From contig NC_043002.1 of NCBI RefSeq assembly GCF_006345805.1, positions 71,362,001-71,426,000 of the forward strand: a stretch of 64,000 nucleotides of DNA, read 5' to 3'. The stretch comes from Octopus sinensis. Lineage: Eukaryota. Below are positions 1-12,830 of this stretch, piece by piece. A program made the translations under genes and the position numbers. The stretch's first letter is position 1. Every line of letters begins with the position of its first letter. The notes under the pieces were generated by a model. That model saw only the letters and a list, made by a program, of their open reading frames with translations, had not been told where the DNA came from and searched no databases.

Positions 1-51
1 ACATACACATTCACACACACATACATACACAAGCATACATATGTATACATG

Positions 52-89
<38 letters not shown>

Positions 90-91
90 TC

Positions 92-163
<72 letters not shown>

Positions 164-205
164 TATATATATATCTATATATATATATACATATATATAT
201 ATATA
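1..205. repeat. (TA)n/(CA)n microsatellite
   Basis: Direct dinucleotide runs. Similar tracts recur across the window (e.g. 2992-3080, 3750-3996, 5930-6520, 20838-20918, 27945-28140, 50710-50795). Confidence 0.99.
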
Positions 206-837
206 AGAAACACGCGCATTTACTTACCTACGCAGAGTGTAGAAGAGAGAGAAAGGCGAGAGAGACGGTGAGAGAGAGCGAGAGAGAGAACAGAGACAGA
301 AGAGCAGAAATGAACGTTTCGGGTGCGATTTAAAAGGATTATAAAAGAAAATAGAGTGTGAAATGCAGAAAATTCTAGATCGGACTAATACGTATTAGTC
401 ACACGGAAATTTCATACGAACTTACACACGTTCACTCGCTCTCTCTCTCTTTCCCTTTGCCCTCTCAATTCTCTCTCTAATTTACTGCACACACTCACAC
501 ACACACACACTCCTATACACATACACGAGTCTATAAGTAGTCTATGTGCCTGTGTATTGAAATATGTATAGAGTAAAGATATATGTTCTGCTTGGAAATT
601 TACGCATTCCAGTATATAGCCACGCATCACAGTTATTTTCTCGAGTGTATAATCCGTAACAAGTGTCCCATAAGTAATGGCGGATTTAACATCATAATCA
701 TATTTAGTTCATGTGATACAGGTGGAAACTTTAGTGTATGCGCGTAAGCGTGTATGTGTGTGTGAGTGCCTGAATGGAATGTGTGTGTGTGTGTTCTGCC
801 TATCTATCTATTGTTACTGTCACGCTCTTCCTCTGTA

Positions 838-878
<41 letters not shown>

Positions 879-1312
879 TCGTACATATGTATGTATGTAT
901 GTATGTATGTATATATGTATGTATGTATATATGTATGATTGTCTATAGCATTGTTTTCCGCGTGGGAGGCGTAAAATGTGTTATGCATCTGTGCGGTTTT
1001 ACGTGTGTAATCGTGTTAGATATGTACATGTGTATACATTCGTATGAACACATAACCACATCCATGTGTATAAATGCTAATGTACACATATATGTATAAA
1101 TCTATACAATATATCCATACTTAAGTGTGTACATATCAGTGGCGTGCGGTGACTTCCGGGGCTGGGCATGCAATGAATTTCTTGCCCCCCCCCCCAGGGG
1201 GGGCAATTTTTCAGTAAAAATATTTTTCGAATTCCTACGATTTACATATGGGAGATTCTGAATATGCAATCACCCCCGTATGACCTAGAATAAAAAAAAA
1301 AAACGTCGCCCT

Positions 1313-1556
1313 GGTACTATTTAAGAACAGTGGTCCCGTTGCGCGCGCTCGCGCATCCGCGCTGGCTAGTCGTGACTAGTCGATCCTACGACTATCTAAC
1401 AAAGTAAATAAATTTTTTAAACAAAACATATAAAACACAAAGTAAATAATGTTTTTAACAAAGTAAATAAAACACAAAGTAAGGATCGACTAGTCACGAC
1501 TAGCTGGCGTGGATGCTCGAGTGCGCGCACCGGGACCACTCTTTTTAAATAGTACC
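1313..1556. mobile_element. Fold-back/MITE-like element with ~75-bp GC-rich arms
   Basis: 1313-1387 (ggtactatttaagaacagtggtcccg...gtcgatcct) is the reverse complement of 1482-1556. The spacer is AT-rich with repeated aaagtaaataa. Confidence 0.9.
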
Positions 1557-1770
1557 CATGATTTTTAGATTGTTTGCAATACTCATCAAATTTGTTGAAA
1601 TTCGAAAGTTCCATGAATTTAAACTCTTCTAAGGATGAATATCGTGCTTTTATTTGGTCAACTATTGTACTGATAATGTTGTTATAAAGCATTATATAAT
1701 GACGTTGGGGCTCAATAGATATATTCTTGGATCTCTGAATTCCGATTCCTGCATCGACTCCATATTTTCC
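1557..1770 (-). pseudogene. hAT transposase fragment (C-terminal part)
   Basis: LYNNIISTIVDQIKARYSSLEEFKFMELSNFNKFDEY resembles the ZMYM1-like hAT helix upstream of the dimerisation domain. Confidence 0.65.
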
Positions 1771-1773
1771 CCC

Positions 1774-2094
1774 CCGGGTTCAGTTCCACTGCGTGGCACC
1801 TTGGGCAAGGGTCTTCTACTATAGTCTCGGGCCGACCAAAGCCTTGTCAGTGGATTTGGTAGACGGAAACTGAAAGAAGCCCGTGGTATATATGTATATA
1901 TATGCGTGTGTGTGTTTGTGCGTCTGTGTTTGTCCCCCTAGCATTGCTTGGCAACCGATGCTGGTGTGTTTATGTCCCCGTTACTTAGCGGTTCGGCAAA
2001 ATAGACCGATAGAATAAGTCCCAGGGTCGAGTTGCTCGATTAAAGGCGGTGCTCGAGCATGGCCGCAGTCAAATGACTGAAACAAGTAAAAGAG
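1774..2094 (+). mobile_element. SINE family A, 5'-truncated (tRNA-like head + microsatellite + 3' module)
   Basis: B-box-like GGTTCAGTTCC, ccttgggcaag core and tail cagcatggccgcagtcaaatgactgaaacaagtaaaagag. The same sequence recurs more than 8 times in the window. Confidence 0.9.
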
Positions 2095-2360
2095 ATTGAA
2101 AAATTATCAAGTTTGTTTTCGAGTACAGTTCTAGTTTTATCTATTTGATCTTTACAATACACTATGTTATGACTTTTACTCTGGAGGATGTTAAATATGA
2201 AAAAAGAAAAATCTCACTGAATACTTCTAACAAAAATAAGAAATCAGGAGCTTTTAAAGTTTGTAAGAATCCAATTGCTGAATTTATGGTGGTATCATCC
2301 CATGCTTCAGGATTTTCAATGATGTGCTCAAAAAGGCTGATTATGAAATGATAATTTTTA
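2095..2360 (-). pseudogene. hAT transposase fragment (catalytic-region part)
   Basis: Minus frames give FEHIIENPEAWDDTTINSAIGFLQTLKAPDFLFLLEVFSEIF and FNILQSKSHNIVYCKDQIDKT, a typical hAT/ZMYM1-like pattern. Frameshifted. Confidence 0.7.
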
Positions 2361-2988
2361 CTTTGTGTTAATAATAAGCCGTGAGGCTGTTGCCTTCGGA
2401 AATCTTTTTTTTAACGATGTTATCTAATGCATTAGCCCTTTTCGGTGTTGGTCTCCCACCGATATAATTAATTATTTTCCATCGAATTCTCCTTTCGAAA
2501 AACTATTTCTCAAAATATCGTTTATAACACATTTCACTCATTTCGTAAAATATACGAAAATATACGAACACACGTGGAAGCGCCGGCGTAAATTGTAAGT
2601 CAATTTCAACAAAACAGAAAGATACAGAAAGTGGGTATCATGCGGTCAGCTCATAGCATGACATGCCACTGAGAGAAAGAGGAAGGGGGTAAAAATATTT
2701 CAAATGCCCTATCCTCTTAGCATGTCTTTTAAACAGTCACTAAGAGAGAGAGAGAGAGAGGAAGGAAGGACAAACTGAGACAGAGAGGGAGTGTCTAACA
2801 TGCTGGTCTCGTCAATGCATGACTTCTAAAAGCAGAAGTAGAGTCACTGAGAGGGAAGGGGAGACAAAATACAACTGGACGGATTTTCTTTGAAACAAAG
2901 TAACTATTTTATCTAATTTTCCGATCATATGGATAAAAAAATCACAGGGCATGCAACGCATACCTTGCATACCTGAGAGTGCACGCCC

Positions 2989-3076
<88 letters not shown>

Positions 3077-3117
3077 ATCTATGTATGTATGCATGTACGT
3101 TCTCTCTGTTTATTTCT

Positions 3118-3156
<39 letters not shown>

Positions 3157-3443
3157 CTCTTTCTCACACACTCACTCACATACATTCACACACATAACCA
3201 ATGTAAGGGAAGAAATGAAATGGAAAGTATCACACAACTCATTTAGTTGGAGATGCATCTTTTGAACTTCCACTTGATACGTCTCCGTACATCTTTTGGA
3301 GTATATGTGACCTACAATCAAGAAACTTTAAGTGATGCGGAGTAGTGTTTAATTTTTATTAAATATGTATTTACGCATATTCGTTCACACACACTGGCGT
3401 ACACACCCATATGTCCATGTGAATGTAAAATATATAATGTATG

Positions 3444-3484
<41 letters not shown>

Positions 3485-3493
3485 TTGAAAAAG

Positions 3494-3678
3494 GAAAATG
3501 ATTACTTCACTGCTAGTCTAATGAATTTTATTTTCTAATAATTTAATATCATTTTACAGTTTGGCTTATAGATCTAGTAAGTTCTTACATATAACTTACA
3601 CGATCCATAAGCCAAACTGCAAGATTATGTATAATTAGAAAATTCAATTAATTAGAACTGCCAGTGAAGTCATTCTTT
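3494..3678. repeat. Imperfect fold-back (MITE-like)
   Basis: cagtttggcttatagatc (3557-3574) pairs with gatccataagccaaactg (3602-3619). Outer acttcactg/cagtgaagt and inner gtaagtt/aacttac also pair. Confidence 0.8.
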
Positions 3679-3738
3679 CCCTATTTCAAGTATACCTAAC
3701 TACACCAAGGATCTCACACTTTTTCCAATACATGTACG

Positions 3739-3814
<76 letters not shown>

Positions 3815-3934
3815 TTGTATATATTCATACATACACACATACTTATATATATATATCTATAATATAATATTATATTATATATATGTATATATATATGTAT
3901 ATAATATATGTATATATATATATATTATATATAT

Positions 3935-3996
<62 letters not shown>

Positions 3997-3998
<2 letters not shown>

Positions 3999-4364
3999 AA
4001 AGCTACACCAATGCCAGACCGGGACGACACTGCATAGTGCCAAAGGTCCCAGCAATGCCATCACGCTTCAGAACCAGTTACTGCAACAGCCTGGGTTTCA
4101 AGTGCCCACAGCTTTTTAATATTCTCCCAAAGAGTCTGAGGAACTTGCACAAAGTAAATGTAGGGTTTTTTTAATTAAAGCTGGAGCCCTTCCTGTCGAA
4201 ACTCCCCGATGAACCTACCTCACGGCAAGAGGTGCAAATGAGGGTAGCTATATCACACTCCATGCTTCACCAAGTGCCACATATTAGAGGAGGCTCTTAG
4301 TAATAACAGTGTAGCAAAACGGCGGTGCATCAGCATGGCCACAGCTCTGAGCTGAAACTAGAAT
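3997..4364 (+). mobile_element. 3' end of a CR1/L2-superfamily-like LINE
   Basis: NSLGFKCPQLFNILPKSLRNLH...KLEPFLSKLPDEP is a typical ORF2 C-terminus. It is followed by a 3' UTR ending ggcggtgcatcagcatggccacagc. Confidence 0.75.
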
Positions 4365-5304
4365 ATATATTCTCTCATACATACATGTATGTATACATGT
4401 ATGCCATTAATACTCTTGTTTAGAAATGATAAACGAACTCTTCAAAAGTATAGAGTAACTCGCCAGATTAACATAAAATTGTCTTATTTAACAGAAAATA
4501 TAAAGATGCATATAGATACATACGTGCATGGATGCATACATTAATACATACACACGTACACACACACACACACATATATAGAGAGAGATAGATAGAGAGG
4601 GGAGAGAGGGAGAGAACGTGGGAGAGAGATAAAGAGAGAGAGAGAGAGGTTTCAATATATGTATACATATACATATGCATGTAGATATATATGTACAAAC
4701 ATGTACATATGTATGTATGGAGAGAGAGGGAGAGGGAGAAAAATAGAAAGTGACCGAGAGAGACAGACTGACAGAGATGGGCAGATAGACAGAGAGAAAA
4801 AGAGAGATACATAGATACATAGGAAGATACATACAAAGGGAATGGAAAAGAGAATATAATAAGTTTACACACGGGATACGGAATAGACGGGAGCAGTACA
4901 TATGTGAGTGTCTGTTGGCGTGTGGTATTGTGTCTGAGTATGTATGTGTATATTTCATTGTACATATGTGTATAATATAGTAGATGTTCATATATATATG
5001 TATGTATATGTGTGAGGATTTTGTTAGTGCCAGATATTACGCCTGTATCTGTGAGTGCCAATTCACAATATTCGGCTAACGTTTAAAGAAATAAATAGAA
5101 TTCTGAAATTTATTGTCTGTATTCAATGTGTCTAGATATTTTATTTTAGCCGCTTTGGCAGAACATACAGTAAGCATTTTAAAATATGGCTAGTTGGATA
5201 GCAAGCAATGTATAGCCATACAGATTGTTGCCAGAATATGAGCAGAACAAGAAGATATTTATCCACACAGATGAGTAGACAACATCAAACTCCTAGGACA
5301 CTAT

Positions 5305-5422
5305 TAATAACAACAACAACAACAACAACAACAACGACAATAATAATAATAGTAACAATAATAATAATAATAATAATAGTTATAATAATAATAGTAATAA
5401 TAATAATAGTAATAATAATATA

Positions 5423-5475
<53 letters not shown>
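5305..5475. repeat. (CAA)n/(TAA)n trinucleotide microsatellite
   Basis: Direct. Confidence 0.98.
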
Positions 5476-5935
5476 TGTTTTAGATCCTTGGTGGAGAAGT
5501 GAGAAGGCAAAGTTCATCGAAAGGGAAATAGAAAGTGTTAAAGAGAGTTAGACAGCGAAAGTCTGAAGTAATAGACATAGCGAAGGAGAGGGTGGGCGTC
5601 AGAAAGAAAGAGAGAGCTAATAGATACGATATGTAGTCAGTGCGGATTAGACATGAGGTAATAAAGGCTGAACAGAGATAGAGACTTAGTATGTAGATGT
5701 GTGTACATAGACAATGTTATCTGCAATGTGTTCGTTGTATTTTTCAGATAATTAATCAAACGCAACGTATTAAACAAACAACCGAAATAGCTAAGCTTAT
5801 GTTATGAATGGAGCAAGGCGAAATGTAGACATAAATTATTAGTAACGGTCTTCAATGTATCCCGTTCGTCTTCAAATACGCATACACACATACACACACA
5901 CAGACTCTACACTGAAATACTCGTTCACGCGCATG

Positions 5936-5976
<41 letters not shown>

Positions 5977-5982
5977 TATATA

Positions 5983-6024
<42 letters not shown>

Positions 6025-6047
6025 ATATATATATATATATAATATAT

Positions 6048-6084
<37 letters not shown>

Positions 6085-6146
6085 GCCCATGTACGCTGTT
6101 GTGTATGTGCTTCTATATAGATGCATACATATGCATATATATATAT

Positions 6147-6238
<92 letters not shown>

Positions 6239-6446
6239 TATATACACGTGTTTGTGTGAGTGTATATGTATATGTGTATATATGAATGCATATATACATT
6301 ATACACGTATATATATATTCATGTATATATATATATGTATGTGAGCATATATATATATATGTTTGTATATATATATATATATTAATACATATATCTATTA
6401 TATACATATGTATATGTAAGTGTGAATGCATATATATATATATGTT

Positions 6447-6517
<71 letters not shown>

Positions 6518-7871
6518 TGCATGTACATATATGCATAAATAAAAACGAACGCGCAAACATCAGACAAAGCTATAAAAATTTCCAGCATGATCTCAGGTCG
6601 TATTCCTGGTAAATTAAAACAGTGTAAAAACCGAGCAAAAGCAGTGGGATATCAGCGAATCATATCCAACAAATATTCTATTGAATAACTCATCTATTTT
6701 TAAGAAGCGAATACGTGTCGTCCTGTTGTGCGTATGTCGACCTGGAACCGACATGAGTTACAATACAACTATTGATTATTATTAGACAAAGCTAACAAAG
6801 AACGGATAAAAACTTCAAAAGGGAAAGTCTTTGTGAAGAATAGAAATAAATCGCTTTGTGATAAATGCTTCAATAGGAAATAATCTGTGCTATTTCTCAT
6901 TATTTAGTCAATATGCATAAATAATGTTCTCATAAGTGGGCATAAAGACTGAAGGAACGATCCTTTCAAAATAATCCTTTCACAAATAACAAAAATTTTG
7001 CATGGTTTGTAATGATTAGCCTGGTTTTTCTAGGATTTTGGGGCTTCAGTTTCGAAAAGGGTATGTCACTAGTGTCTGCCGCTGCAAACTTTTTCAAAAG
7101 GCAAAAGAGATATAAGAAAATATTTGCATGAGGTTCACGAACAGAAAAAGCTGATTCATCGTGTCGGTATATAAAAACATCACTTGCAGCCAACTGAAAA
7201 AATCAATAATACATTACATATAATGGTAAGAGTACATCAAATTGCTTTAAATACTGTATAGCAAAATTCATATTTTTGTTTGTCTTTGCTCAGTAAGTGA
7301 TATTTCCTATTTGCTTCTATTTAGACATCAAAAGGAATGTCTGCTATTCCCTTGAAACTTTGCTTTTGGACACCAATGTTTTGATATTGGCCTTTCCATT
7401 ACATTTCAGACAGTTTCAGCACTGAGTTGCTGAAGCAGAAATATCATTAACGCAAATGTTCTGTCTAATACCACAAATTTGCTTGCTAGTTGCTTGATCT
7501 TAACTTCGTATGTCTATTAGTCGCTACATTTCTGATCATGAGGGGAAGTAGTGGGAGAGCATCGTAGCCGTAGGATGAGAGGGATTCTTTGGGATTTGAA
7601 TAAATGTAACAAAAGCAAAGTTTGAAGGAAATATTAGCCATTTTTCATACTTTCTCGGAACAAAAGTCGTGTTGTACAGTGTAATCGATACAGATAGATT
7701 AACGCTCAGAGTAGATCAAATAACCAAAATTCAACATCAAGCGAGAAATGACGCAATCTAGGCAAACAAGAAATGGCTGCAGGAAACAAAGCGATCGAGT
7801 TAAGCCAGAATAACATAAAAGATGAACAGATGTTTGTTAATGTCAAAACCATATATAAATTAGCTATACAA

Positions 7872-8227
7872 TGGCTGTGTGGTAAGAAGCTTGCTTCCCT
7901 AACATGTGGCTCCAGCTTGTGTTCCACTGCGTGGAAACTTGGGCGAGTGTCTGCTTCTATAGCCTCGGGCCGATCAAAGCCTTGTGGATAGATTCGGTAG
8001 ACGGAAACTGAAAGCCCGTGATGTATGTAAAATTATATGTGTGTGTGTCCATTACCACTTGACAATCGGTGTTGGTGTGTTTACGTCCCCAAAAGAGACC
8101 TATAGAATAAGTACTAGGCTTAAAAAATAAGTCTTGGGGGTCGATTCATGCGACTAAAAATTTAAGCCAGTCCCACAGCATGACTGCAAGTCTAATGAGT
8201 GAAACAGGTAAAAACCAAAAGATAAAA
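7872..8227 (+). mobile_element. SINE family A, diverged full-length copy
   Basis: Runs from tggctgtgtggtaagaagcttgcttcc to gaaacaggtaaaa and aligns with the other A copies. Confidence 0.9.
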
Positions 8228-8431
8228 ATATGAGTAAATAAGGAAGCATAAAGACGGGGAAATGAAAGTCAGAAGTAGTTCCTTATAGGCAGGCAGATAT
8301 CTGGAGGGTTGAAATTATTACTATAGCTACACTGTTGTCTCCATCGCCTATGTATTCTATCGCTTGTGTATTCTATCATCTGCGTATTCTTCTTTCTCTC
8401 ACCTTTTTCTTGTTCTATATTCCTCTGATAT

Positions 8432-8608
8432 AATCCTTTCCACTAAAGGCACAAGGCCTGAAATTTGAGGAGGGGGACTAATCGACTACATCAATCCCCA
8501 ATATTTCATTGGTACTATAATTTATCGACCCCCGAAAGGAAAAGTCGACTGCAGCGGAATTTGAACACAGAACGTAACGACTGACGAAATACTGGAAAGC
8601 ATTTGGTC
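8432..8608 (-). mobile_element. SINE family B (tRNA-derived)
   Basis: tttatcgacccccgaaagg...ggaatttgaacacagaacgtaacg motif shared with the other B copies. Confidence 0.85.
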
Positions 8609-8679
8609 TTGATTATATCTCTACTCACCTCAGTATAACTAATGAATGAATGGATTAATATCATTAATAAGAATATATA

Positions 8680-9010
8680 CATGTTTGATATATATAATAC
8701 ATCAAGTCCAGGACATCACCAACGAGTGAAAAATACGTAAACATACGAGAGATAAGTATAGGTCAAAATGTTAAAAAATATACAGTAAGAACAGGACGTC
8801 GCCAACGAGTGAAATATATGTAAACACAATGAGAGACAAGTACGGGAGAAAATACCAAAAGAAGCCTAACTCCTCCTCAGTTCTCGATTGTTAATTACTC
8901 GCTATTTGGAGTTATGCATATATATCCGGAGAATTCAAACTCTAACATGAAGGTATGAGAGAAGAAACTAGATAATACTTTACAGCTGTTTCTAGGTTTC
9001 GGTGACTAGT
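8680..9010 (-). mobile_element. Probable PLE-type terminus with an ~83-bp tandem duplication
   Basis: caggac..ccaacgagtgaaa..gtaaaca..gagaga.aagta occurs twice (about 8709 and 8792). The minus strand has CTGAGGA and GAAACAGCTGTA hammerhead-like half-motifs. Confidence 0.45.
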
Positions 9011-9213
9011 AAGTGTAGCGGTATGCTTTGTACGTAAATATATAATATTAAATTGGTGCCAACGTATATGAAACGGTAGAAAATTAAGTTTTTGTATCAC
9101 CTGCATCATTAACGGAGGGAAATAAAATTCCGTAGTCAAATATAAGCAATATATGCAAACGTAAATAGAGTGGGGAGAGTAATAGATTCGAAATTAGGGA
9201 GATGATTATAACA

Positions 9214-9256
<43 letters not shown>

Positions 9257-9622
9257 TATAGATATATAATAAGTATAGGAAAGAATGGAGCTGAGCGAAG
9301 ATTTAACAAAATATATATATGTGTGTGTATGTATATATGTGTGTATGTGTGTGTAAGTGTGTGTGTGTGAATGGATGTGTGTATATATGTTCACGTTTCT
9401 TTTTATGTAAAGTTATATATACCAACAAACAAATTGAAGTTTCACTCAATACGTTGAAGCAGAACATAAAACTTACTTTGTATTTATGCGGAAAAAGTTG
9501 CCAGTGTTTGGATGTTTTGGCTCAGTTGCCTTGATCACAGCGACGAAAGAAACTGGGATGAAACTTGAAAGTCACTTTGAATTATTTTTCGTCGTTAGAA
9601 AGGAGAGTGTACACACACATAC

Positions 9623-9735
<113 letters not shown>

Positions 9736-9968
9736 CAGATTTATACGCATGTATATTGATAAATGTATATCTGAAGGTATGCTATCTGTTATAAGTGGTC
9801 AGAATATATCCAGACCGCTTATATTCAGAAATAAATATATATTTATTTCAGGAAACTCTTTTCGAATATGAACATTCAAAAACGTTATTCTGTTTCAGAT
9901 ATCAAATGATTTTCAATTTTTCCCTAAAGATATTTTCTATATTAAACTTGCAAACTGTGCCCAGAGCC

Positions 9969-10021
<53 letters not shown>

Positions 10022-10408
10022 TTGTGTGTGTACATATGTGTGTGTGGTCACGTGAGTGTATGTATGTATACACAAACGCACATATATATAATATAGATAT
10101 TATCAGAATTTAGAATTGATTATAACAATAGTTTGTGAGTTGTGCATCTCCACAAAAAATAACTGATCTGCGATCGTGTATTGAAATTGAAATAATTACA
10201 TTGTGGATGCGCCATTGTAGCTATCTAATTATGTAGAACGTTGAGGAATTCGCTTTAGATTTAAATTCATTTGAAGAGGTGTCACTGACCACGTGACAGC
10301 GTCCTACTGCGACAAATATTTTGACAATGAAATGTAATCATGTTCAATTTGGAATTTAGAAAGCTCTTTTCTCTTATTAAATTGCTCCTCCGCGATGTAA
10401 TAACAATA

Positions 10409-10456
<48 letters not shown>

Positions 10457-10477
10457 GTAATGATAATAATTTCTTTT

Positions 10478-11930
10478 ATTTTCCACAAGTGCGAAGGATA
10501 AGGGGGGCAATACAAAATCAGACTTAAAGTGTGGGTGTTTGTGAGGAGATGTGGGTGGGGCCCTGATAGACCTGGGCCACTAGAGATGATCCAGAAACCT
10601 CACCGTCCAAGATCACTCTGAATATTACGAGCAAATACATTTTCCAACTCCTTTACTCCGACTCGCAGGTCTACGCTGAAAGTGGCACCATCTACTCTTG
10701 TTATTTTCGTAATTCCCCCAGCTTTTCAGAAATTCACTCGAGGACAGCACTTCATCACCACCCTCACATTTCTTTTTAAGTGAAACTGGAAAAAGTCGAT
10801 GAAGGCCTCAACAAAAATGTATGTTTCTGTCTTCATTTCTTTCAGCCCCGTCCACAAGACAAACTCTTTCGCTTCAGCAACCAGGCAAAGGAAAACTGCC
10901 TTGCTTGCCCAATTAAAGGAGGAGCAATCATCACTATGGACAGCCAGATCCGTCCCACACGCGACAGAAGCTGTTCGACATAACTCCACAAGTCAGCAAT
11001 TATCGGACACTGAACGAGTGCATGCAGAAATGTTTCGACATTCTACCCAAACCTCGGACAAGTGCGTCTCACACCACATCCGTCCATGTAGAGTTTATTT
11101 CGAACCTGTAGCGCTCCGCGTTAGCACTGCCAAGTCAAGGACATCTGGAAATTATCCATAATAGTTCAGAGTCCTCCCCCAGGACATCGTCACACTTTGC
11201 CGCCACTAATCTTCTTTAAATAGCAAAAGTGGAACATCCGCCGATCCTATTGTCCGACTGGTAGAGGACAGTGAGCGCCTGACGACATACAAAGTGCCGG
11301 GCGCTCAGACTTGGTCTATCCTTCACCCAGGACTGCAGCTCCATCAAAGAGATGAGTTGTGGGAATACATGCCTCACAAACGGAGTCCACAGACGCTTAC
11401 CTTCTAGAAATCGTTGCACGTGGCGCACCCTTAGAACATGTCTGGGCGTGAAAAGCCATGGCATGCCGAAGCGACCACTCAAAGGGAGTTGACAGCAGAT
11501 TGATCGGCTGACCATTGAAAGGCGTCCCAACTTGATCAAGTAATAACTGGGACAAGGCACTACGGTCAGATGATAAAGGATAACAGAGGCGATGTAGGCA
11601 TTCACCACCGCTGCCCGATCATTCAAGGACAGCTTCCTCTCAGCCCATTTGTGGGTAAGACTGGCCAACCTATTCGACACTTCATCCCCCTTTTTATCCA
11701 CCTGGAGGTCGGGAACAATCCACACCTCGAGCAGTTTAACTTTCCATCAGTCCAGCGTCCGATGACGCGGTCTGAACTCATCAACCTGCCTCTAAAGGTG
11801 CCCAGTTGCAAGCCCACCGACTTGTCGGCATTGACTTTAAACCTGCAACTGACTCATGGTCTTCTAGAATTGATTCGACCGTCTCCAATTCGAAAGAGTC
11901 CTACACCACAACGGTGGCGTCGTCAGTGTG
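10478..11930 (-). mobile_element. Tx1/L1-clade LINE ORF2 remnant (post-RT region, CCHC-type finger, 3' UTR)
   Basis: PDLQVDK...WAERKLSLNDRAAVVNAYIASVILYHLTVVPCP; TCPRFG*NVETFLHALVQCPIIADLW; FFQFHLKR. On the minus strand AATAAA near 10485 is followed by (ATC)n. Confidence 0.85.
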
Positions 11931-12479
11931 TGCATAATGCAAACTTCCAAACGTTGCTGTTTCTGATTTTCATTGAGTTCATGTGGAACCTACCTATTCA
12001 ACTTTTTTACTTTACCGATTTGAACTAGGTGAGTCAATAAAGTTTGCTTGCTAAACACCAAACAACAACAATAATTCACGGGCACTTTTAGATGGATCTG
12101 GCTTTCAGTTCGTCATTATCCACCTTTGTTTTTCTAGCCGACCGCGTTACTCATTTGCGAGGTCAAACTTACCAGAACAAAATTTTACAACCCAATTTGG
12201 TACTGTCGGCTGCGCAAAAACATTAGAATGAAATACTCCATTAATATTAAGATATGTCTACTGTATTTCCAAGAAAGAACTCATATTTCAAAACTGTACG
12301 AATTTTCGACTTATCCACCTCTAAACAAAAATAGCAAAGAAAACGATTTATAAATACTTTATAAAGCGCCAGATGAGTTAGAATAAAGAAAAGATGTGTC
12401 AACATTCTAAAAATATTAAAGATTGTCAAAATATAATAATGGCGTAAAATGAGCAGCTATCAAAGTTTACCATATACCT

Positions 12480-12830
12480 TACTACAAATTTCATACTTGA
12501 CCTAATAGTATCTGGAATTCCATAAGAATTCCAGTCTTGTTGAGTTTTGGAGTGAACTTCACCTGCACAATCTCCCCATACTCCTCCAGCATGGTTAAAA
12601 CACTCGCCTGATCACGGTGACCCGATATATTCTTGACTCGAATTCGAATCAACCTTTTACCCATGTAATGAAGAATCATTACAAAAGTCTGGGATGTGAA
12701 AATTATAGTAGCCATTCTTCTGGCTTCTTGCTCACTGCTGCATATAGCAGCGATCTTCCCGTATTGTTTACCTTTCTCTATGTGTAGCAATGTTGGCCAC
12801 ACATCTTCGAAGCATTTCTTAGTTTCTGCT
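12480..12830 (-). pseudogene. Possible ORF1 (RRM-like) remnant of the same Tx1/L1 element
   Basis: IRIRVKNISGH...LEEYGEIVQVKF. Same strand as, and upstream of, the ORF2 remnant. Confidence 0.5.

Larger units (their letters stand above)
1137..2991 (-). mobile_element. Degenerate hAT DNA transposon with nested insertions
   Basis: TIRs CAGTGGCGTGC (1137) and GCACGCCCCTG (ending 2991) match 10/11. Flanking 8-mers gtacatat/atatatat match 6/8. Minus-strand hAT-like peptides lie inside. Confidence 0.8.

Noticed and set aside
4468-5061. 197-aa and 167-aa ORFs
   Set aside because: Low-complexity GA/CA/TA repeat read-through with no domain.
713-6612. Many listed ORFs rich in YI/CV/HT/LS repeats (also throughout the window)
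   Set aside because: They are translations of (TA)n, (TG)n, (CA)n and (TC)n microsatellites.
10304-10515. Poly-His/poly-Ile ORFs
   Set aside because: (ATG/CAT)n microsatellite.
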